From contig OX597818.1 of assembly GCA_951406725.2 (NCBI GenBank), forward strand, positions 145,204,001 to 145,268,000: a stretch of DNA of 64,000 nucleotides. The letters run 5' to 3'. A model generated the notes under the pieces. It was given only the letters and a program-made list of their open reading frames with translations, ran no database searches and was not told the DNA's origin. Origin of the DNA: Octopus vulgaris (taxonomy: Eukaryota). Position numbers and translations under genes: made by a program. This document shows, one piece after another, positions 28,109 to 39,944 of the stretch. Each line of letters opens with the position of its first letter. The first letter of the stretch is position 1.

Positions 28109-29074
28109 TATATATATTTAAGTTCCCACACCTTTGTCTATATATCTACCTTCTCTATAATGTTATCAATTGATATGAAAATTATGTATTAATGGAAAAC
28201 CTCTATTAATGGCTGATGATTGCTCAACATTTTAAAACTGTTGTAATACATACAACATTTAATAAAATGATGTAGCGTGAAACGATTGTACCAAATTACC
28301 GAAGTTATTCTTGTTGCTTATTATGATTATATATATATATATTGCGTGTGTATGTATTTGTTTTGCAAGATTCTTGATGTGAAAACGTGTGTTGATAAAG
28401 ATATTGTTATATTTGAGGATGGCCATCCTTTGCCAATTAAACACGTGCACTATTTAATTCATTTTCACTTCGTTTTTTTGATATTATTTTTTTTTGTTTA
28501 TTCATCTGTTAAAGTACTTTCATCAAAATTCTGTGACCTCTTCAGGGACTCTCTTTTCCATGTGTCTCCTCTTGCCTGGAACTATAGAGACAAATATAAC
28601 ATACTCCTTGACGTTCATTAACTGTTCGAATCGAGAATGGAAATATAAAGAAAGAAATGACTCCTAGATACGATCGGAGACTTAATGCAGATATAAATAT
28701 TATAAATACACACTTTTAAGATGAGATTAATAGCCTGGGAAAATCTGACTTATAGACATCTCATCGCAGACATTTCGATATTTAACAGATAATAAGGTTA
28801 TTGATGTAGCTTTCCGCTTGCTCTTACTGCCACTTAACAGCGCTAATATAACATATTCTGATGTGGCATCATAGAAGTGTAAACTAATCCGTGGGTTCCT
28901 CGTAATGCAGTCAGCGTTCGCTTTGCAGCTTTCGACAAGCAAATCAAAACTTACACATTTTCCAGTTTTCACTCTCCAGGTTTCCATAATTTTTCACTCC
29001 AAAACAATGGTTTCAAAAAAAAAAAAAAAGATCTGAAATTACCATTGTTTTTTCTTTCATCAAAACAAACGAAA

Positions 29075-29109
<35 letters not shown>

Positions 29110-29261
29110 AGTAATAAACAAAAATAAACAAAATAGCAGAAAATTTTTGAATAAGCATAAAGAAAAAAAACCCCTCATTTCCATAAACACGAAAACTTAA
29201 AGAAAAATACAAAGATAAAACAGCAAAATGAATAAATATGTAATTAACATTAATCGGAAAA

Positions 29262-29332
<71 letters not shown>

Positions 29333-29719
29333 GATATGGAAAATATAGCTTCAACAACTACTGAAGTTAACAGTAGCCGGAAACAACAACAACAGCATCA
29401 ACAAAAAACCAGAGCAGCTAGCAATAATAATAGCCATAGTAACAATAATAATAACAATAAAACAATACTGACAATACCGAAGACGGTTACGATAGCAACC
29501 TTTCAGCCTCTCTTTTCCTCTCCTCCCTCTTTCCGCTCTCTTTATTTCTCTTCCTAGCTTTTTTTTCTTTCGTTTCAAGTCTACACCCCAGCTCTGCTTC
29601 GTTGTTATCCTTACTCTTACTCTGTCCTTCGTTCTATGGTGCAGAGGTATCTCGTTCCATAAAGTAAGCAGCAACCCGCTTTCAGCTCTCTTTAAACGGA
29701 TCAAATCCGTGTATTCGAA

Positions 29720-29840
29720 GCGGTTGATTGGGTGACTGGTTGGCTGGTTGGCTGGCTGGTAAGCATTTCCGACATTTACCATGCTGAGACGTCACACGAA
29801 ATTATGTCACGTGACCGTTCTTCAACGCTCTCCAATAGCT
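29720..29840. promoter_or_regulatory. Candidate cis-regulatory motif cluster
   Basis: ATTGG at 29727, CRE-like GACGTCA at 29788, palindromic E-box GTCACGTGAC at 29806-29815 and CCAAT at 29832, in unique CpG-containing sequence. No linked gene seen. Confidence 0.25.
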
Positions 29841-30686
29841 TTAACGGGTTTATTCATTCGGTAGAAATCGTTACAAAAAGATGCAGAAGACGGAAAAAGA
29901 ACGAAAAAAAAAAAAGAATTTTCACGTCATTAATTCTATTAATTTGCTTTTGTGTACGTATTTGAATAAATGAGTGTATAACTGTTCCTAAAGGATGTAT
30001 GTATGGATGCGTGCCTTTATAAATGTATGTCTGTGACAGTAGGTGTGTGTACGTATGCATTTGTGAATGTGTGCTTGTATGCGTATATCTGCACACATAG
30101 ATATGTGTGGAAGCATACACATTACAGCGTGTGCAGATCTCTACGTTTATATTTATGTATACGCACCTAAACATACATTTATATGAGTGCATCAATGAAC
30201 ATTCCCCCATGTCAAGCTTTTGGAAGGTTTTTTTACGCATTTCACGGCACAGTTAATACTTATAGATGTAATTTCTTAATTAGCCGTGTTCATTTTGGGG
30301 TTTTGTGAATCCCAGCTTCTTACGACTGGTGATGGGGGCAACACACACACACACATTCGCATACATACATGGATACATACACTCACACATGCATGCCAGC
30401 AGGCATGTATGTATGTATGTATGTATGTATGTATGTATGTATGTATGTATGTATGTATGTGTGCGTGTATCTATTGTGTGGAGACCTAGAAAATCACGCT
30501 CTCTCTGCATGGCACATCAGTTCGATAGTTTTTGTGGATTCTTTCATTCTTTTAGCACTTCCCCACCCCCATTTCTTTGACTGTTGACCGACTTTCAGGG
30601 TGTGAGATATAATTGCACACTTGTGGATGACTAATCTCTCTCATTGACTGTAGACATTGATTTTTCGAAACCACATCTCCCTCACC

Positions 30687-30741
<55 letters not shown>

Positions 30742-30797
30742 CATATACATATACATAGACATACACACACATATATATATACTCATATACATATACA

Positions 30798-30874
<77 letters not shown>

Positions 30875-31509
30875 TTATGTATGTGTGCCTGTGTATAAGA
30901 TGGATCACAGTTGGAATTTCCGAACTTGAGTTTTCGGTTGTTCATTCAACTGAACTACCTACATATTGAATTAACATTTAAGTGGTTGTAAGTATTCTAC
31001 AGACAGGTGTATTCTTAAAGTAATCTTCAAGCAGTATCAACTTGATACTGTGTGTGTGTCTGTGTGTGTGTCTGTGTTTGTGTGTGACAAGGGTAGACTT
31101 GAATTACAAGGACCGTCTGTCTAATGACCTTGCCAATGACATGCTCGCATCTGCCCCAGTTCTGAACTGGAGCAGATTGGTTGGGTTGCAGACGGCGACT
31201 AAATGACTATGATGAACCAACTGATTTTATTGATCAAATAATTGGTCAAACAATTAGTTACCTAATCATTATTAATAATTATATATAACATTATGTAAAC
31301 TGTATGCACTACATGTGTTTTATTGGCAAAGTGAACCTGTTAAGTTAATACTTGAGAAATTGATGATGGTAGACATGGGCCTACATACATACATACGTAC
31401 GTACGTACGTACGTACGTACGTATGTATGTATGTATGTATGTATGTATGTATGTATGTATGTATGTATGTATGTATGTATGTATGTGTGTGTGTGTGTGT
31501 GTATGTACG

Positions 31510-32465
31510 AATGGTCGTCAGCAATTCCTCCAGTTTGAGGATAATTATCCGCTAAACCTCCGCGAAGTCGACTGTGACTACATAGTACCATTTGTAATTC
31601 CGGTTGCAGACCGGGTAAACTTTTGCTCTGCGCTCTCACTAATCGCCAGGATGTTCGGCATGCGCTGTTTTCAAGTGTTAGGCCCATCATAGATGATCTA
31701 TCTCCAGTTATGGGGCAAGGCTATTCACTGACAAATCTCATTCGGATACATTCTTCTCATCGGCGTACAAGTGTTTAATTAGGCTGAGAGTCGGTTGGAG
31801 GAATAGATGGATCCGCATTCGCACATGGCCTATCCATCGAAGGTGATATTGTGTAATTATGGTTTCAATGTAGATAATATTGGTCTGCTCGAACACACAG
31901 AGTTTCCATCCTCTGCTCTGCCACTAGATGAGTAAGTTTTCTTTCAATATGTCTGGTGGTATATTTCTATCGTTTGGTTATTTTACCTATAATTCAGATC
32001 CATACAAAAAAAAGGCGAGAATAATAACTGCTTTATTCATCATAGATTTGAATTTTTATCTCACATCATTTTTTTTATACTTCCCTCTTCTCGGTGGACC
32101 AAATCTTGCTTTGGCGTATTTTATCCAGTGTTCTATATTTTCATTGATAGCCTTGTTCTGTGATAGGTGGCTCCGTAATTAGAAAGACATTGAAAGTGCC
32201 CTACATTTCCCACTATTTATTTATATACCTGAATGTATAGGTCCATATTCCTACTTGTTGGCAGATCCCTGTTTTACTTATGTTGAGAGTGAGAACGATA
32301 TCCTCATATGAATCAATAGGAATGTCGGCGCTTGTCTGTTGTTCTTTTGCTGAAGTCGTACAAACTGTGACATCATTTGCGTGATGAAGTTCAATAACCG
32401 ATGCAGTTGTGTTCTCTTTTCTAGCATGGAGTCTGCTAAGGTTGAATTGTTTTGCCATTTATGGA
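31510..32465 (-). mobile_element. 5'-truncated RTE (BovB-like) LINE pseudogene
   Basis: KQFNLSRLHARK...VIELHHANDV (YADD-like)...LTLNISKT, followed by GSHLSQNKAINENIEHWIK, LYGSE and LRWIGHV motifs in shifted frames. Confidence 0.88.
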
Positions 32466-32489
32466 TGAGCTCTGAAGAAGATGTGGAAG

Positions 32490-32565
<76 letters not shown>

Positions 32566-33454
32566 ATTATATATTTGTATATACACACCGGGGAAGATTA
32601 CGCCGATATTTTTAACGCCAACTGCAATTAGTGTATTTATATATTTGTATGTTTATTATATATAAGTTTTTATTTATTTATCAACTTATTTATAATTAAT
32701 TTGTCTATTTAAACTTTTTTCACAGCATGATATTACGGTTGAGTGAGAAAATACGCACTTACCTATCTAACTCCATATCTACGAAAATACGTACTTACCT
32801 ACTTGCATGTCAGTCTGTTGAGCTATCTTTTGATCAATTATCTGTTTGTCTATATGTTTGTTTTGTAGTTCACCAGTCTATGAAGAAAAGAAGGAAACTC
32901 GCTTGTCGAAAGGCTGATCGCAGTGTGATACGAAGTAATTTTCGTATTTGCCGCAAATGTATTACCCATATGCATGCAGCGAAATAGTTACGACTAGAAA
33001 TCGACACGAAAGCTCTTTTCATTTGATGCCCGACTTCGGATATATAAAGAAAGAAAGGGAAGACCGACATTGATGATGTTAGTGAAGTGAAATGGCTTCA
33101 AGCAGACATTGAAATTACGTTACGCTCTCAGGTAGCTCGAAGCGTACCTTTTTTTTCTGTGGTGTTCCCCATTAATGCTGTATATTGATTTCTTTTTGAT
33201 CAAGTGCAGATGTGGTAAGGGGAAGGATGAGAAAATGTGCTGCTTAAACTTTTCCCCCAAGACATTAGCTGTGTAAGTTTAGCGAACCAAAAATCGCTAT
33301 GAGCTAACCTGTTTATGTAAATCATTCGTTATATTTACAAATACGATATCGATTTATTTCCTGGAAACAAAACCTGCGGCTGCTTTTACTAGGAAGAAGT
33401 GGATATAGTCGAGCGATCATTCCATTGCTCATTGATTTCTTACATAGGCACAGG

Positions 33455-33650
33455 GCCATGGATTTAGGGAGGAAAGGACATGGGAGATTATAGCAGTTTC
33501 AGTATTGTTTTGTACTTATGTTATAGACCATTGAAGGATTGGAAGGCAAAGTGGAGAGGTGATAGAGAGGGTTCGAACTCAGAACATAGAGTTTTGTAAC
33601 TATATATGAACAAGGCACTGCGTTTGATGATCTAATGATTCAGTTAATCC
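33455..33650 (-). mobile_element. Degenerate SINE family B copy
   Basis: GAAGGATTGGAAGGCAAAGT...TTCGAACTCAGAAC matches the family B core on the minus strand. Confidence 0.55.
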
Positions 33651-33975
33651 GCTGTCCTAATATTCCCCCTATATATTAGTTTTATAAATGAATTAATACA
33701 TGATTTGGTCCTGGAAATTTGAATGAAAAGCGTGTAGCGCTTCGAATGAGTAATGTAGCGCACAACATCCCGCTCATCATCAGAGCTACGAATTTGCGTA
33801 ACCAAAACTCTTGACTTGCAAATGATTAAGTCAGTATAACCGCAATTAAAAGATGTAAAGAAGGTAAATAACAATTTCATCGTCGTAAACACTGATAATA
33901 ACAACTCACCGGCTGTAAGCAGTGACAGCACAACGCTTCGTTAGTTTGAGATATTTAGTGCGAATTTGTCGAGAG

Positions 33976-34487
33976 CAGTGATTCTCAACTGGGGTCTACA
34001 TGATCCATGGGGGTCCATATAAAACATTTTGGTAACATTTATGTGCAATAGGCGCAGGGTTGGCTTTGTGGCAAGAAGCTCGCTTACGAACTACACGGCT
34101 CCGAGTTCAGTCCCAATGCGTGGCACCTTAGGCAAGTGTCTTCTACTATAACTTCGGGATAACCAAAATCTTGTAAGTAGATTTGGTGGACAGAAACTAA
34201 AATAATATATGCGTGTGTCTCTTTGTCTGTACTTGTTTCCCGCCACCGCTTGACGACCGGTGTTGGTGTGTTTATGTCCCGTAACTTAGCAGTTCGTCAA
34301 AAGACACCGATAGACTAAGTACCAGTCTTAAAAAAGCAAGTACTGGCGTCCATTTATTCGACTAAAAATTCTTCAAGACAGTAGACCAAAATATAAGATT
34401 TTTCAAAATGCCGAATGGTTATGAGGGTCCATCCGAGTAAAATAGGAACCAAAGAGTCGAAAGGTAAAAAGTGGATGAGAAACACTG
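33976..34487. mobile_element. hAT (Charlie/MER5-like) MITE interrupted by a SINE
   Basis: Termini CAGTGATTCTCAAC and GATGAGAAACACTG. Left flank GTCGAGAG is close to the NTCTAGAN target; the TSD is decayed. Confidence 0.6.
34051..34382 (+). mobile_element. tRNA-derived SINE family A nested in the hAT MITE
   Basis: Head GGCGCAGGGTTGGCTTTGTGGCAAGAAGC, B-box-like GAGTTCAGTCCC; body homologous to 50132-50938 (-). Confidence 0.85.
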
Positions 34488-35577
34488 TCTAAGGTAGATC
34501 CAATTGGTCTCGTAGGAATCGATGAAAAATCACTGCTAGAATCATATGATCATAAAATACCTACAGAAGTGTAAAGTAGAAAAAAAGAGGGTATCAGTAT
34601 TTCTTCTGCTCATACAAAGAGCTTCCGTCATTAAACAAGTATGGAACTCGCTGGTCGATGCAGTAGGTCGTGTAGTTACCATTTTGAAATTGGCCTTGAA
34701 CGACAAATAGAAGCCATTCGTTGCAAAAACATATAGAAGCAAGGTTACCTTCTCAAACAGAATAATTAGATTTAAAGAAATTACTCAATTAATTTCTGCT
34801 CTCTCTCTTTCTCTCCCTCTCACACACTCTCTCTCAATATATATATACATATATATATACATGTATGTATACATACACACTAACATATATATGCACCACA
34901 TTCACACTCACATATACATATATATGTATGTGTGTGAGAGTGTGTAGGCGTGTATCGATGTTTCTGTGCGAGTGTGCATGTGTGAGTGTGTATGTGTGTG
35001 TGTGTTCAAGTTTGTATATATGCGTGTATGTAAACCCATAAGTATATATATATATATATATATATATATGAATACACACATACACACATATATATGTATA
35101 TGAATACACATACACAATATATATAGCATAAATATTTGTACACACACATGTATGTGGGTGTGCCTGAGTATATACGTGTGTCTGCGTGTGTGTGTGAGTG
35201 TGTATGTTAGGTGTGTGAATATATGTATGCATCTATGAATGTTCGTATGTGTGCATCTATGGATATCTATTCTTATTCACAGTTATCTGTGCCAACTTTA
35301 GCACCTTTAACAATTGACAAGAAACGTTAGCGATATTAAATTTGCGTTCTGACCCCAGCTTCAACATTACTTACCTCCTACTCTCTCGACCCTTCAGCAC
35401 TCTTCTTAAGTTTTGCATTGCTTGATCGTCTGTTTGCATAACCTCTACACTTCAGACTGGCACCAAAATCAGTCCAATAGGAGTGTGCCATTTATTTGTC
35501 TATTATTATTACCTTAACAACACTTCATCTCTCCCTCTTTCGTGTACTCTCTCTTTTCTCCTACTTTCAGCATAGAA

Positions 35578-35789
35578 CATCCATCCATCTATCCATCCAT
35601 CCATTCATCCATCCATCCATCAATTCGTCCATCCGTCCGTCTGTCCATCAGTCCGTCAGTCCGTCCATCCACATGTCTGTCTATCTATTCCTCTTCCTAC
35701 CTACCTACCTACCTACCTACCTACCTACCTACCTACCTACTTACCTACCTACCTACCTACCTACCTACCCACCTGCCTGCCTGCCTGCA

Positions 35790-35855
<66 letters not shown>

Positions 35856-35877
35856 TCCATCCATCCATCCATCCATC

Positions 35878-35944
<67 letters not shown>
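35578..35944. repeat. Compound tetranucleotide microsatellite (ATCC, GTCC, CTAC, CTGC, CTGT, CTAT)
   Basis: Read directly. Confidence 0.9.
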
Positions 35945-36127
35945 ACGAGTTTAGACTTTGTGCCAATGCGTTTTTTACACTCAAAAAGTGAAAGGCGGAA
36001 CTAACGTGAGGAGTAACGTACACTCTGTTATATAGTAGGTGTGTGTGTATTTAGACATGCGTACTTCTATATATATGCATGTATATATGTGTGCGTGGGA
36101 GTGCACATATACATACATGCATATATA

Positions 36128-36351
36128 TATTTCTTTACTACCCACAAGGGGCTAAACACAGAGGGGACAAATAAGGACAGACAAACGGATTACGTCGACC
36201 CCAGTGCGTAACTGGTACTTAATTTATCGATCCCGAAAGGATGAAAGGCAAAGTCGACCTCGGCGGAATTTGAATTCAGAACGTAACGGCAGACGAAATG
36301 CAGCTACGCATTTCGCCCAGCGTGCTAACGTTTCTGCCAGCTCGCCGCCTT
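36128..36351 (-). mobile_element. Full-length tRNA-derived SINE family B (Nin-like core)
   Basis: Minus: GGCGGCGAGCTGGCAGAAACGTTAGC...GAATTCAAATTCCGCCGAGGTCGACTTTGCCTTTCATCCTTTCGGGATCGATAAATTAAGTACCAG...CCCCTTGTGGGTAGTAAAGAAATA. About ten relatives in the window. Confidence 0.9.
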
Positions 36352-36417
36352 ATATATGCATACATATATAAGTACGCATGTCTAAATACAAACACACACA
36401 CACATATACATACAGTC

Positions 36418-36619
36418 ACGAAGAGTAGCTGAAAAGTTTCTGACTTTGCGTAAAAGAAAATACAGGAGGATCAGTTAATTATGGTTTTATTCAACATATT
36501 TCCCTCTCAGATTCACAGACTTACTGAAGCGGTCGTTCAGTTTTTCTGAGTCCTGTAAAAGAACTCGGATGTTCGGGCCTACTACTCTTGAAACCGGGAA
36601 AATTTCAGCACCCCATCGT
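36418..36619. mobile_element. Mariner-derived MITE
   Basis: Imperfect TIRs ACGAAGAGTAGCTGAAAAGTTTCTG and CCGGGAAAATTTCAGCACCCCATCGT; about 200 bp, no ORF. Confidence 0.7.
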
Positions 36620-36626
36620 GTGTATG

Positions 36627-36727
<101 letters not shown>

Positions 36728-36749
36728 ATAAGGGAAAAGTAAAAAGAAA

Positions 36750-38080
36750 ACTAAGAAAATGCACATTAGATATAAAAATAAAGTCTTTTTTAAGAAAGGC
36801 AAAGATATATACATACAATTAGATGATTTGAGGTGGACTCATGAAGTATAAAAATCATTATAGAGATTCAAAGTCATACAGGTATCGTCAGAGCTAATCA
36901 CTGACTTTGAATGAACACCAATTTCCAAACACTGTTGGGCCTAATAGTACCTGAGTGAAAATATTACACGCAAGGGAGGTAAACAGTTCTTGAAGTGATG
37001 CAATTAAGGTAGATATAAATACTGGAATATGAATGGTGTATGGTATGGGATTATTGGTAAGGTTAGTAGTCTTCTGTATTAAGTTGTGTATTCATGTTGA
37101 GTTGTGGATGGTATTTATTAATGAAAGTTGCCTCTTTATTTAATCTTTACTGTACTGAGGTGTTCTGTGAACATTGATAAAAGGGAAAACTAGGAAGTTC
37201 GGTTTAAGATTCCTAGCACATGTTTCTATATATTGTGAGAATCGAATTTTTTCTTTGTGAAGAGTTGTTCTTCGTCGGAGTGACATTCCTGTTTGGCCTA
37301 TATAGTGATTTCCGTACCATAAGCAGGTAATAGCATAGATTAAATTTTCAGAGGCACAGGTGAAATTTGATTTTATCTTAAATACTTCACCTTGTCTGAG
37401 GTGAAACTCTGTAACCTCCAAAATATGGGGGGCATGTGCCACAGTTAGGCCGCCCGCATTTTTTCACTTTTGGTTCCGTTGTTAATGGATATAGCCTTGC
37501 GCTGGTTAATATTTTTTTCAATGATTTCGGTTCTCATTTTGCTCTTGATAATTTTGTGTGAGACTAAAATTTTGTTCATTGTTTTTGTCTCAAGTGAGAA
37601 TGGGTAGATTTTGGATGATGATGTTGAAGACCACATTGTTTCTAGTGTTGTGTGTGGAGATGTATGGGAGTATTCACTATTTTTTTTTTGTTATCGAGAC
37701 ATCTTCGATGGTGTAGTTAAGTGCTTCTGTGAGACGCAATTTTCGGCAAAAATCTGTAGAGTTATCCTTAATTTCATTCGGGTTCGTTCTGCGAGGGGTT
37801 GGTTTAAACTTCAAACCTCTTGCTAGAAGTTCAGTTTGTGTAGTACTTAGGATTTTCATTGATAAGTTGATTACATTTGTTCCATTTCACATGTTTCTTT
37901 CTCTGATTTAGGCCTAAAAAATGGTGGTAGTAGGTGGATTATTGCGGGAAGTCTGTATTGTATTTGGTTTTGTGTGAAGAAATTGAGTGTAAAGTGCGTC
38001 TGTGGTAGTATGTTTGTTGTGGAGTGACTGTATTGTGGACTAGATTCTGGTTGTTGGTCCTTTTTCTTTGAAACCTATTT
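36750..38080 (-). mobile_element. Penelope-like element with RT domain deleted
   Basis: N-terminal PLE motif LLARGLKFKPTP...DFCRKLRL (ORF 37677-37859) and GIY-YIG endonuclease FTCASENLIYAITC...HYIGQTGMSLRRR (ORF 37140-37442). A hammerhead-like motif lies downstream at 36866-36912. Confidence 0.85.
36866..36912 (-). ncRNA. Degenerate minimal hammerhead ribozyme at the Penelope 3' end
   Basis: Minus: attcaaagtca-GTGATTA-G-ctctga-C-GATA-C-ct-GTA-tgactttgaat. Perfect 11-bp stem I; core has 3 substitutions relative to CUGAUGA/GAAA. Confidence 0.55.
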
Positions 38081-38081
38081 C

Positions 38082-38127
<46 letters not shown>

Positions 38128-38258
38128 GTATATATGTATGTATATACACAACAAACATACACTACTTGTGCTTTTTTGTTTCGTTGTATTATTCCCAGAG
38201 CGTCGTAAGAGATGGCAAAAAAATATCAAAAAGAAATCTCTCTCTCTCTTTCTGTATT

Positions 38259-38316
<58 letters not shown>

Positions 38317-38458
38317 ACAGAAACCTAAACAAAAACTGAAGTGATAGATCATATGCCACGGTTAATCAATCTTGCATATGAATGTTTCTAGGCATACACG
38401 CACACACAACACACACGCATGTATATACACATATATACAAACATATTAGTGTATATGT

Positions 38459-38497
<39 letters not shown>

Positions 38498-39016
38498 TTA
38501 TATATATGTATGTATGCTTATATATATGTATGTATGCTTATATATATGTATGTATGCTTATATATATATATATATATATATATGTTTATATATATATATT
38601 TCCATGTGGATGTATGATGGCTAATTGTATTTATTGTTTGTAGAGTTCACATGACTTCGCTTTTTTCTTCTGATTTCAGTCAGAAGTGATGTCGTAACAG
38701 AAGAGTGTTGGCGGCGTTCGACCTAAAAGTTATTTTCATAGTTTCTTTTGTTTTATTATCTTCTCTGCCCCACATCCTATCTATTTTTTTCTTTTTGCTT
38801 TCATTCTGTCTGGTCTGTCTATGTATACACATACATACATTGCTATATATATGTATGTATGTGTGTATGTATGAATGTACGTATGTTTGTATGTATGTGC
38901 GTGTATGCGTGTGCGTGTGCGTATGCGGTTGTATGCTTTGTATACAAAATATATACGTAGTAGTTTGCACATACATAAATTTACAACCACAGAGACATCT
39001 TCGTGTTTATATAGAT

Positions 39017-39057
<41 letters not shown>

Positions 39058-39944
39058 CATATAAATATATATATATATGTATATATGTATATATATGTAT
39101 ATGTATATATGTATATGTATATATATATATATACATACATACATATGGAATGAAAGAGTGTGGCAGGGAGAGAGAAGGAGAGGGAGAGGGAGAGAGAGAG
39201 AGTGTGAGAGAGAAAAGAGTACTGGCACAGAGAAAAAGATAAAGCAAGAACGAGAGAGAAAATAAAGGTGACTTAACCCAGTAATCGAATTATTAAACGC
39301 GATATATCTAAACATTACATTTATCTTTGTGTGAGTAAAAGTATTCTCGGGGTTAAAAATCTGGAGATAAAAATAGAAAGGAGAGAGATAGTCCTGATGG
39401 CAATATCACGTGTTTGATCTCTATTAAGGCTATTCAGCAGCTGCCATTTAGTTGATGTGAAAAATGATGTATCTTACTTTTGAATACTATTCTAGAATAG
39501 TCTTTTGCTGCTGTTTTCCTTCGAGAGGGCGCTGAATTTTGGGCCAAAATTCAGTTCTTTGAAATTAAAAGTTTTAGCATAAATAAATAAATAAATAAAT
39601 AAATAATTAAAATAATAAATATTAAAATTTGGAATGGCAATGTGCACGTGAGTTACGTTTTTTATTTTTAATCATGCGAAGAAAGCAGATCTTGTGCGTC
39701 ACATTTTACGGAATCTACGAGACTAGTAGAAGCGATGGAGGGAGGAGCGTAAAACGGAATTTGGCCAAAATATTCACAGCAGAATGAATTCCACTAAAGA
39801 TACACAAGTGGTGTGAAGTCGGATCAAGGATTAAATCTGTGGCCCATATAGGATGTGGAGGGATCCAATTCAAAACACAAAGAGCCAAGACAAAAAAGAA
39901 AAAAAGCGAAAGGCATTCGCTCCACGTTTTTTCAGTTCTCTCCA

